Shown: positions 56,355-64,000 of the stretch, one piece after another
Layout of the letters: every line of letters begins with the position of its first letter
How positions within the stretch are numbered: position 1 is the first letter of the stretch
IMG/VR virus record: IMGVR_UViG_3300025137_000018
Location: 32,001 to 96,000 of that record
Direction: 5' to 3' (one strand)
Length of the DNA: 64,000 nucleotides
Source of the DNA: a virus
The notes under the pieces: model-generated
What the model saw: the letters and a program-made list of their open reading frames with translations, nothing else
Told to the model about the DNA's origin: nothing
Database searches by the model: none
Translations under genes and position numbers: made by a program

Positions 56355-58192
56355 TGAAACTAATAACCAGTATTTGGACAACCATAATACTGTCACTTAT
56401 TCTTATAGGTATAAGAATAATTGATCCTAGCTTTGTTCAGCAGTTAAGATTAAACACTTTTGATCAATATATTTCTACCATTCCAGAAAAGAAATCAGAT
56501 ATAGTTCTACTGAATATAGGAGAAGAATCCTTAGGTTTATTAGGACAATATCCATTCCCTCGTCAAACTTACGCACAATTAATATCTGATTTAAGGAATG
56601 CTAATGCAGGATTAATTGGATTTACTTTAATGTTTCCAGAGGCTGATAGATTCGGTGGAGACGAAGTGTTTGCTTCTTGGGTAAATGATAATGGTATTAT
56701 CTTATCTCAGGATGCAGATGAAAATGGAAGAAGTACTAAAGCACCCTATGTTGGTTCAGTAACATTTGGTACAGGTGATCCATTAGATTGGGCTATAAGA
56801 TATAAAGGATTAGTTACAAATATAACTGAAATAGAACAAGGTGCATGGGGTACTGGATTAATAAATGGCATGCCAGAAGTCGATGGATTAGTGCGTAGAA
56901 TACCTTTGTTAAGTCAAATTAATAAGGAACTATACCCATCGTTTGCACTAGAACTTCTTAGAGTATCTAATGAACGATTATCTTATACTGTAAAAGTTAA
57001 TGATGTAGGTATAGAAGAAATAATTATTAGGCCATTTAGAATTACTACAGATCCTAATGGATCATTCTGGATTAACCATAATTATACCTTTACGGAAATA
57101 GAGGTCGGGACCAAGCTACCTGATCTTCAGGGCCAAACAGTTCTAATTGGACTGACAGCGAAGGGATTAGCGGCCCAGATTCCAACTCCTGCTGGTCTTC
57201 AATCAGCTCATCATATTCAGGCTGCGTCCATCCAGTCAATAATGGATGAAATATCGATATCTCGTCCTCTCTGGGCGGATTTAATTGAAATCCTGGTAAT
57301 GCTAATTGCCTCGGGACTCTTAATCTATATTGTGTATTACCGTTCGATTCGTTCATCAGCCATAATCTTCGTTGGGATTGCGATCTCGACCGGAGCTTCT
57401 GTTGCATACGTCTGGAATGAATGGGGAATTCTCCTTGATATTAGTTACTTTTCACTATTATATATAATAGTATTCTCATCAGCAAGTTTTAATAATTTTT
57501 ATAAACAATATATGTTAAGGCAACAGATAAAGAAACAGTTTGAGACCTATTTAGATCCTAAACAAGTATACCTATTACAGAAAAATCCAGGTTTATTAAA
57601 GCTTGGTGGAGAGCGAAAACAGATGTCGTTTCTTTTTATGGATATTGTAGGCTTTACTCCTATATCAGAACACTATAAGAACAATGATGATCCAGAAGGA
57701 TTAGTAGAATTAATTAATGAATTTCTTAATGCAATGACAAATATTATTCTTGCAAATGGTGGTACTATTGACAAATATATGGGGGACTGTATAATGGCAT
57801 TTTGGAATGCTCCATTACCCTGTGAAAATCACGCTGAAATGGCAGTTAAATCAGCGATAGAAATAGAGACTAAAACAAATGAACTTAAAGAGTTATATTC
57901 TGCCAGGGGTTTGCCTGACATTAATGTTGGTACTGGCGTTAACACCGGTGATTGTATTGTTGGTAACATGGGTAGTGAATCCAGATTTGACTACTCGGTT
58001 ATTGGAGATGCAGTCAATCTTGCCGCGAGGCTTGAGGCTACCGCTGCAAGGCATGAATATATAGAATATAAAACCATCATTTCTGAGGATACTTACAGCA
58101 GGTTACCCTCTAGCCTAAAATGCACAAAAATTGGCCAAATAACTGTAAAAGGTAAAAAAGACCTTATAACCATATATTCTCCTTCGTTATAA
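56354..58192 (+). CDS. CHASE2-sensor class III adenylate cyclase
   Basis: N-terminal TM, CHASE2 (GQYPFPR, DGLVRRIPL), 3 TM, FMDIVGFT, DKYMGDCIMA, GDAVNLAARLE, VKGK. Confidence 0.93.
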   Translation: MKLITSIWTTIILSLILIGIRIIDPSFVQQLRLNTFDQYISTIPEKKSDIVLLNIGEESLGLLGQYPFPRQTYAQLISDLRNANAGLIGFTLMFPEADRFGGDEVFASWVNDNGIILSQDADENGRSTKAPYVGSVTFGTGDPLDWAIRYKGLVTNITEIEQGAWGTGLINGMPEVDGLVRRIPLLSQINKELYPSFALELLRVSNERLSYTVKVNDVGIEEIIIRPFRITTDPNGSFWINHNYTFTEIEVGTKLPDLQGQTVLIGLTAKGLAAQIPTPAGLQSAHHIQAASIQSIMDEISISRPLWADLIEILVMLIASGLLIYIVYYRSIRSSAIIFVGIAISTGASVAYVWNEWGILLDISYFSLLYIIVFSSASFNNFYKQYMLRQQIKKQFETYLDPKQVYLLQKNPGLLKLGGERKQMSFLFMDIVGFTPISEHYKNNDDPEGLVELINEFLNAMTNIILANGGTIDKYMGDCIMAFWNAPLPCENHAEMAVKSAIEIETKTNELKELYSARGLPDINVGTGVNTGDCIVGNMGSESRFDYSVIGDAVNLAARLEATAARHEYIEYKTIISEDTYSRLPSSLKCTKIGQITVKGKKDLITIYSPSL

Positions 58193-58220
58193 CCTTATAA
58201 CTAAAAAGTATAAAAAACAC

Positions 58221-58249
58221 TGTACATTTGGATCCAGCCATGATAGAAT
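58221..58249 (+). promoter_or_regulatory. Sigma70-type promoter
   Basis: TGTACA-N17-TAGAAT with TG. Confidence 0.75.
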
Positions 58250-58277
58250 ATACCTATATTAACCAATCAGGAAATTT

Positions 58278-58697
58278 ATGATTTATTTAGAGATTAATGG
58301 TCAAATAAAGAATAAAAAGGCGATATATGTCTACCTAGAAAATCTATCTAGGTCGTTAAATATACACAGATTAAGATCTAAAGCGATTTTCGTCAGGTTT
58401 AGTAAAGAGCTCGACGATGGTAACCAGGGTAATTGCTGGGGTGATCGTAAAGAAGGATATATAACTATTAATATAGCCAAAACCTGTGAAGGAGAACCTT
58501 ACTCAACGGCCGAGGTGATGCAAACTCTAGCACATGAGATGGTTCATGCCAAACAATATTTACGAGGGGAACTGGACGGCTACAGTGGATCTTGGAAGGG
58601 TCGTAAGCCACGTAACTATAAGTACCTTAATCAACCATGGGAAATAGAAGCTTATGGAAGAGAAGAATATCTATTTGGTACATGTTGGTCACATTAA
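58278..58697 (+). CDS. HEXXH zinc metallopeptidase-like protein
   Basis: TLAHEMVHAKQY, PWEIEAY. Confidence 0.8.
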   Translation: MIYLEINGQIKNKKAIYVYLENLSRSLNIHRLRSKAIFVRFSKELDDGNQGNCWGDRKEGYITINIAKTCEGEPYSTAEVMQTLAHEMVHAKQYLRGELDGYSGSWKGRKPRNYKYLNQPWEIEAYGREEYLFGTCWSH

Positions 58698-58712
58698 TTG
58701 CAAAATAAATGC

Positions 58713-58761
58713 AAATAAATGCAGAAAACACTGTACATTCAACCAAAAACTATGGTATAAT
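58713..58761 (+). promoter_or_regulatory. Early promoter with conserved upstream element
   Basis: AAATAAATGCAGAAAACAC-TGTACA-N18-TATAAT. Confidence 0.85.
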
Positions 58762-58794
58762 ATACATATAAATTAATCAAACAAGGAATATATT

Positions 58795-59007
58795 ATGAAA
58801 ATCATCGCTCAAAGAACATCACCAGTAACAGGTAAAGATAACCAAATGGTAATATTTGCCACTAATGAGCAGTTAATTGCTTGGCACGAGGGCATGCTTA
58901 TTCAGGACGCAATGCCTGAAGCGACAGTGGATCAGAGAGAGTTTCTGATCTCTGGCTGTACACCACAGTGCTGGGCCTCAATGTTCGGACCTGAGGACGA
59001 TTCATAA
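58795..59007 (+). CDS. Early hypothetical protein
   Basis: LIQDAMP...QREFLISG. Confidence 0.7.
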   Translation: MKIIAQRTSPVTGKDNQMVIFATNEQLIAWHEGMLIQDAMPEATVDQREFLISGCTPQCWASMFGPEDDS

Positions 59008-59222
59008 TGGCTATGTCAATGGCTTACTGCGACTACATCGCACATACTATAATCAAACCTGGTCTCGATAAAGATTCTTCTCACTCTAATGGATTACTTG
59101 TTAATGTAGATAGAGTAAAGATGGATCTACACAAGGAAGGTTGGATGCAAACTACCACAAAAACTATTGAATGCTCAGACATCCATGGCAAAAGCTATAG
59201 GATTACTGTAGAAGAAATTTAA
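59007..59222 (+). CDS. Early hypothetical protein
   Basis: GAGGA RBS, TAATG coupling. Confidence 0.65.
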   Translation: MAMSMAYCDYIAHTIIKPGLDKDSSHSNGLLVNVDRVKMDLHKEGWMQTTTKTIECSDIHGKSYRITVEEI

Positions 59223-59270
59223 AAATAAATGCAGAAAACACTGTACATTTGGTTAAAGACCTGGTACAAT
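59223..59270 (+). promoter_or_regulatory. Early promoter with conserved upstream element
   Basis: AAATAAATGCAGAAAACAC-TGTACA-N17-TACAAT. Confidence 0.8.
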
Positions 59271-59307
59271 ATACATATAAAATAAAACTTGATAAGGAAA
59301 CTACATT

Positions 59308-59580
59308 ATGAAAAAATCAATTATTAACGCAATAGATTCAATCGAAACAAGTTCAGAAATGAATGAAGTTATTGAATTAATCAAAATTAAACAGAAACAA
59401 TTACGTGCAGTAAAGGCACTTAATGTTAAAAACAGTATTAGTGTTGGATCACCAGTACTTGTAAACTCAAGGTCAGGTACCGAAGAAGGTACTGTTACTA
59501 AAATCAAACGTACTAAAGCAGTTGTTGAAATCAACGGCCGTCTTTGGAACTGTCCTCTATCAATCTTAAAAGCAGTATAA
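59308..59580 (+). CDS. Early hypothetical protein (KOW/SH3-like C-terminus)
   Basis: VGSPV...GTVTKIKRTKAVV...W. Confidence 0.7.
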   Translation: MKKSIINAIDSIETSSEMNEVIELIKIKQKQLRAVKALNVKNSISVGSPVLVNSRSGTEEGTVTKIKRTKAVVEINGRLWNCPLSILKAV

Positions 59581-59591
59581 GGAATAATATA

Positions 59592-59900
59592 ATGACAGAC
59601 ACTAACAGAATTGCACTTATTAAAGCTGCAGCAGAAAAGGCTCGAGAAAAAAGAGAAATGAAGCGTGTAATACACACAATGGATCTTCGTAAAGCTAAGA
59701 TTAAAGCTGAAACAAAAGCAGCTATGAGGTTGCATAAAAAGCTCACCAAGCAAGTATTAAAAGCTGGTGATAAAGCACCGTCATCCTTTGAATGTAATAA
59801 ACCAGAAAATATGTATTACTCTGATACAGATACTCAAGCATTTATTGCTGGATCTACTATAATGGATGCATATAACGAAGGTAAAAATGACTGGGACTAA
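59592..59900 (+). CDS. Early hypothetical protein
   Basis: AAGGA RBS before ATG 59592. Confidence 0.65.
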   Translation: MTDTNRIALIKAAAEKAREKREMKRVIHTMDLRKAKIKAETKAAMRLHKKLTKQVLKAGDKAPSSFECNKPENMYYSDTDTQAFIAGSTIMDAYNEGKNDWD

Positions 59901-60045
59901 TAGAACAATACAAAGAGCTATAGCTCTTAGAACAGCTCGAGATAAAGCACAAAATCCAGAGTTTAAACAACTCTGGGATCAGAAATTAAGAGAGTTAATA
60001 AGGCTAGCAGAATTAGGAAGGAGTTCACATGACACAGTACACTGA
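59887..60045 (+). CDS. Hypothetical protein, 52 aa (not in ORF track)
   Basis: MTGTNRTIQRAIALRTARDKAQNPEFKQLWDQKL... Confidence 0.55.
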   Translation: MTGTNRTIQRAIALRTARDKAQNPEFKQLWDQKLRELIRLAELGRSSHDTVH

Positions 60046-60247
60046 TGCAGTAGAGTACCAAAGACGTAAAATGGCAGTTGAAAAATGGTCAGGTCAAGTT
60101 GAGTACATTTTAGGACAAGATGGATATGTTGAAAAGGCATATAACTCAGGATTGGTTACACGTGAATATCGTGATGGTACTTTTGAAGTAGTAACAGAGG
60201 AAAAGCCAATGTCAGAGTTACTTATTGAAGCACCAGGAAATGTATAA
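60029..60247 (+). CDS. Hypothetical protein
   Basis: AGGAG RBS. Confidence 0.65.
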   Translation: MTQYTDAVEYQRRKMAVEKWSGQVEYILGQDGYVEKAYNSGLVTREYRDGTFEVVTEEKPMSELLIEAPGNV

Positions 60248-60555
60248 TGGCAGTAACTAATTTTTATGCAGGATCACTTAGGTATGGACCTAACGGCAAA
60301 AAGCGTAAGACCAAATCTATGTCTAAACCTAAGATAAAAACAATGGCCGACTTTGATTGGTCAACACCAAAACAAAATTCAGCAGTAAGGCAAACAACAC
60401 ACTATCCTTCTGCACCATTAACTCCAGTAAACAGTAAGGTAGAAGACCAAAGCTGGAAGCTCGAAGAGAGTAAGAAATTCACAGTCGCACCAGCATATAA
60501 TAAAGGTGCATATCAAGTCATACCAAAGGGTGACGTTAAACATATAGGGAAATAA
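60247..60555 (+). CDS. Conserved hypothetical protein
   Basis: TVAPAYNKGAYQVI C-terminal motif. Confidence 0.7.
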   Translation: MAVTNFYAGSLRYGPNGKKRKTKSMSKPKIKTMADFDWSTPKQNSAVRQTTHYPSAPLTPVNSKVEDQSWKLEESKKFTVAPAYNKGAYQVIPKGDVKHIGK

Positions 60556-60556
60556 A

Positions 60557-60760
60557 ATGGAAATAGTATTATCAATAATAGGATTATTTGTTTTTGTTTA
60601 CTTGTGCACAGGTGCTATTTTATTAGTTCAAGACTCAGAAACAAGACATAGTATTCGTAAAGAATTAAAAAATAAATACCCAGATTTATCTAGAGATCAA
60701 ATAAGGGTATTATCATATATAAAATTAAAAGAAACGTTGGAGAAGCAAAATGAAAAATGA
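60557..60760 (+). CDS. Small membrane protein
   Basis: N-terminal TM. Confidence 0.6.
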   Translation: MEIVLSIIGLFVFVYLCTGAILLVQDSETRHSIRKELKNKYPDLSRDQIRVLSYIKLKETLEKQNEK

Positions 60761-60983
60761 ATACATGCTATTAAGTTCTTATCGTGGCGATGGAAAGTTT
60801 AAAAACCGTAAAGTAGAAGTTTTACGAACCGTTGGATCTAAACATAATTTTGGTATTAGAATGTATATTAACGATAATGCATTAGGAATAGAATGGTTTA
60901 ATGGGCATAACGAAGCGTATGCAGAAAGCGCTGCTGAAAATTATGTTCTAGGTATTAAGGACTATAAGCGATTAGGTGAATAA
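60750..60983 (+). CDS. Hypothetical protein
   Basis: YAESAAENYVLGI. Confidence 0.65.
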   Translation: MKNEYMLLSSYRGDGKFKNRKVEVLRTVGSKHNFGIRMYINDNALGIEWFNGHNEAYAESAAENYVLGIKDYKRLGE

Positions 60984-60987
60984 ACAC

Positions 60988-61016
60988 TGTACATTATATT
61001 TAAACTATGGTATAAT
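60988..61016 (+). promoter_or_regulatory. Sigma70-type promoter
   Basis: TGTACA-N17-TATAAT. Confidence 0.85.
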
Positions 61017-61044
61017 GGTTATATTATTACAAAAGGAGTATTAA

Positions 61045-62211
61045 ATGGCAAAAGCTAAGCGTAGAGGACCTTCATTAGAAGATAAGCATTTAGGTAGTGA
61101 ACCTAGTTATCATGGTGTTGAGTTTAAAACTAAAGAAGAGTTAAGGACTGCTTATCATAAAGCATCTAACTATTTTAACTATTTTAATAATGCAAAAACT
61201 AATGCACCTGCAGTAATACTATATGCTGAAAAGACACTAGGATTTTCAAAGAAAGATATTCAAGCACTTAAAAAGGTAGAAAACTGGAAACTCAATCAAG
61301 GCATTGGTAATATTATACGATGTATTAATTCAGGATTACCATTAGATAAATTTACTGATGGCAATACAGTTAATGATAAAATTCAAGAAAGGCTAAATGA
61401 ACTTCTTAAAGAAGGTAAAAAACTAGTTGCTATTCAGAAAGCTGAGCCTCCTAAAGTTATTATATCACCTGCAGAAAGAATGAGAACAAAAATCTCACAA
61501 ACTATTATGGGTGATTTTGATGAGATGGTTGTAGATAAATGGATGGATGGAGAGTTCGATAATATTAAATTCCCTGCATATAGTTTATTAGCCACACACA
61601 AAATTAAAGGTGCAGGAATAAAAATATTTAGAGAAAAAATGCAGTTTGAACTTGACTGTATTAGTGATGCATATAATAAAACATGCGAACAGGCCGAGGA
61701 AGCTTATTCACATATCACTAAAGGTAATAAGAAGAAAATGATTACCTTGCTCGAAAAGACTATTGACGATATTGATAGACTTAAGGCTAATAATAAAACA
61801 ATTAAAGTACCTAGGGCTAAAAAGCCAAAGGCGTCTGATCAACAAGTTGCAAAGCTTAAGTTTAAATCAGATGACATTGAATATAAGTGCACATCTATTA
61901 ATCCAATAATGATACCAGGTAAAAATACCTTATATGTATTTAACACTAAGACAAGAGCTCTAGCAATGTACATAACCGATTCGCCTAAAGGATTTGAAGT
62001 TAAGGGTACATCTATTAAGAATTTTAATCCCGCACTAAGTAAGCAGACAAAACTTAGAAAACCAGATGAGGTATTACCTCTTATTATAAACAAAACAATC
62101 ATTCAGTCAATGAAAGTATGGGATACTTTTACTACAGTGATTAAAGAACCTAATGGTAGAATTAATGATGATTGCATATTACTTAAGGTGGGAGACATCA
62201 ATATACAATGA
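61045..62211 (+). CDS. Conserved T4-like hypothetical protein
   Basis: AAGGAG RBS; FNTKTR, VKGTSI, LRKP, NGRIN. Confidence 0.75.
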   Translation: MAKAKRRGPSLEDKHLGSEPSYHGVEFKTKEELRTAYHKASNYFNYFNNAKTNAPAVILYAEKTLGFSKKDIQALKKVENWKLNQGIGNIIRCINSGLPLDKFTDGNTVNDKIQERLNELLKEGKKLVAIQKAEPPKVIISPAERMRTKISQTIMGDFDEMVVDKWMDGEFDNIKFPAYSLLATHKIKGAGIKIFREKMQFELDCISDAYNKTCEQAEEAYSHITKGNKKKMITLLEKTIDDIDRLKANNKTIKVPRAKKPKASDQQVAKLKFKSDDIEYKCTSINPIMIPGKNTLYVFNTKTRALAMYITDSPKGFEVKGTSIKNFNPALSKQTKLRKPDEVLPLIINKTIIQSMKVWDTFTTVIKEPNGRINDDCILLKVGDINIQ

Positions 62212-62447
62212 TTGATCTTGAACAGAAAATAATGACTAAAAAACGATTCACTACAGCAGTTGAAATGTTAGTCGCAAAAAACAATATGAGTTATATAGAC
62301 GCTATGACTTATGTAATAGAAGAAAGAGGGATGGATTATAGTAATATTAAGAGATTACTAAGTGATGCACTTAAGGCCAAATTAGAGGCCGAAGCATCAG
62401 GTTTAAACCTTATTGAAGCGGAGAAAGGAAATAAACTACCTATCTAG
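62208..62447 (+). CDS. 33: Late transcription coactivator gp33
   Basis: F...VE..V....SYIDA...LKAKLEAEA..LNL...KLPI; synteny 33-59-32. Confidence 0.88.
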   Translation: MIDLEQKIMTKKRFTTAVEMLVAKNNMSYIDAMTYVIEERGMDYSNIKRLLSDALKAKLEAEASGLNLIEAEKGNKLPI

Positions 62448-62448
62448 A

Positions 62449-63057
62449 ATGAATGATCCATATGATGTTTATAAGTTATATCAGTCTTTAAAGTTACACT
62501 TTGAGACAGACGGCTATGATGCCATAAAGTATAATTTTAAAACATCTGTTAAACCTCAATCATTTTTTAAACGAAGAGATAAATTCTTCTTTGCCAAATT
62601 AGGTAAACACTACGGTAAAGATATCACTGAATACCTCATTGCAAACTTTGTTAATGACGTATCATACGTTGGTGATATGATTAATACCGATGGTGAAAGG
62701 AACTACCTTGAGCATAAAAGAATAAAAGAATCACTGCATCGTGTGTTTTCAATTGATATAAATATACTTGCAGAATACTCAGAGAGCAATGATTTAACCT
62801 TTGATGATTTATTAATCGTTAAAGAACATAATCAACCACCTCTGATTATAAAGCTTTGGATGCAAGAAGAGATATCGTTACAAACGGTAGCTATTCTTAA
62901 TTCCTTAACTGGGTTTATGCAAGGTGCCCAAAAGAGTATAACAGAAACCATTTCATGGCCTGGTATATTCCGAAAGGTTACCAAGTATCAACCCTTCGTA
63001 AAGTACGACCCTGATAAATGTACAAAATTAATCAGAAAGTCCTTTACAAAATCATAG
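62449..63057 (+). CDS. 59: Helicase loader gp59
   Basis: YQSLKLHF..YDAIKYNFK, RRDKFFF.KL; synteny. Confidence 0.9.
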   Translation: MNDPYDVYKLYQSLKLHFETDGYDAIKYNFKTSVKPQSFFKRRDKFFFAKLGKHYGKDITEYLIANFVNDVSYVGDMINTDGERNYLEHKRIKESLHRVFSIDINILAEYSESNDLTFDDLLIVKEHNQPPLIIKLWMQEEISLQTVAILNSLTGFMQGAQKSITETISWPGIFRKVTKYQPFVKYDPDKCTKLIRKSFTKS

Positions 63058-63071
63058 AAATATGATATAAT
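63043..63071 (+). promoter_or_regulatory. Sigma70-type promoter for gene 32
   Basis: TTTACA-N17-TATAAT with TG. Confidence 0.75.
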
Positions 63072-63147
63072 AGATATATATTATGAATAAAGTGGATAAA
63101 ATAGAAAAGGTCTTAGACCTTAATACAACGCAATACGGAGAAATACA

Positions 63148-64000
63148 ATGTCATTTGCAAACTTAAAGAGCTCACGAGGCTCGTCAATCGACAAACTCGT
63201 TAAAGCAGCTGAAGCTGTGTCATCACCAAAGTCAGAATCAAAGGGTTACGGCGACGATAGATTTTGGGCACCCCAAAGGGATAAAGCAGGTAATGGTTAT
63301 GCCGTTATCCGATTCCTACCTCAGAAAGAGGGAGAGGATTTACCTTGGGTACGATATTGGGATCATGGCTTTAAAGGCCCTACTGGTCTCTGGTATATCG
63401 AAAATTCTTTAACTTCTGTTGGTCAGCAAGATCCAGTTTCTGAAATGAATTCAGAACTGTGGAATACTGGTCGAGATGAAGATAAAGCTACCGCTCGTGA
63501 TAGAAAAAGACGTTTACATTATGTGTCAAACATTATGGTCGTGTCTGATCCATCTAACCCAGAAAATGAAGGAAAAGTATTCCTTTATAAATTTGGTAAG
63601 AAAATCTTTGATAAGATTATGGATGTTATGCAACCACAATTTGAAGATGAGCAACCAGTAAATCCATATGATTTCTGGGAAGGTGCGGATTTTAAAATTA
63701 AAATTCGTAAAGTAGAAGGTTGGGTAAACTATGATAAGTCAGAGTTTGCATCACCAGCTGCACTACACGGTGGAGATGAAGGAATGCTAGAGGATGTATA
63801 CGGACAGTTACATTCATTAGGTGATTTCCTTGATGTTAAGAACTATAAAACATACGATGAGCTAAAAGGCAAGTTGAATAAAGTTCTTGGGATTACTGCC
63901 GGAGCAACTGCTGAATCCTATATGGAAACAGCGCCATCAGTTACAACAAATGAGTTTGTACCTGAGGCTCCAGCCACTGAAGCACCTACAGCAGAAGCGT
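63148..64000 (+). CDS. 32: Single-stranded DNA-binding protein gp32 (partial, runs off the window)
   Basis: MSFANLK, DKAGNGYAVIRFLP, WYIENSLT, YKFGKKIFDKI, NYDKSEF; absent from the ORF track because there is no stop. Confidence 0.96.
   Translation, partial: MSFANLKSSRGSSIDKLVKAAEAVSSPKSESKGYGDDRFWAPQRDKAGNGYAVIRFLPQKEGEDLPWVRYWDHGFKGPTGLWYIENSLTSVGQQDPVSEMNSELWNTGRDEDKATARDRKRRLHYVSNIMVVSDPSNPENEGKVFLYKFGKKIFDKIMDVMQPQFEDEQPVNPYDFWEGADFKIKIRKVEGWVNYDKSEFASPAALHGGDEGMLEDVYGQLHSLGDFLDVKNYKTYDELKGKLNKVLGITAGATAESYMETAPSVTTNEFVPEAPATEAPTAEA

Noticed and set aside
445-62102. Minus-strand and nested ORFs in the supplied track (e.g. 5111-5584, 20035-20424, 43707-44318, 54175-54714, 59301-59753)
   Set aside because: They shadow well-supported + strand genes and show no recognisable motifs or expression signals
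2003-62764. TATAAATA copies inside coding regions (2003, 7011, 29677, 62757)
   Set aside because: Expected by chance in AT-rich DNA; cannot be called promoters without TSS data
1-64000. CRISPR array, integrase, transposase, rRNA
   Set aside because: No repeat-spacer array or such motifs were seen; the dispersed repeats are promoters

Overview
A 64 kb, AT-rich, densely coding segment of a large T4-like myophage genome, almost all on the + strand. The host is probably a marine Gram-negative bacterium (spanin pair; gammaproteobacterial-looking bS21 and RimK). Core T4-like genes: gp44/gp62 clamp loader, RegA, gp43, UvsX, gp41, NrdAB/glutaredoxin, RNase H, DsbA, gp33, gp59, gp32 (truncated by the window end), one tRNA-Arg(UCU), 14 sigma70-type promoters (13 with a TGTACA -35) and several TATAAATA late promoters. 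Four accessory systems stand out. (1) A late operon joining CsgF/CsgG, two curlin-like proteins, a FecR-domain protein and an intact CHASE2 adenylate cyclase, a candidate trans-envelope fibre-to-cAMP signalling system. (2) A cytosine hypermodification operon (gp42-like enzyme, glycosyltransferase, C5-MTase-like protein, UDP-sugar enzymes); two of its enzymes end in sliding-clamp-binding-like tails. (3) A ~10 kb late cluster whose proteins share a T4 capsid-targeting-like N-terminus and include nuclease-, ligase-, nucleotidyltransferase- and kinase-like enzymes. (4) A protein-modification island (RimK-protease fusion, PRMT-like methyltransferase, ATP-grasp, SET) interleaved with fibre-like genes. 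All calls come from reading motifs by eye; no database search was run.
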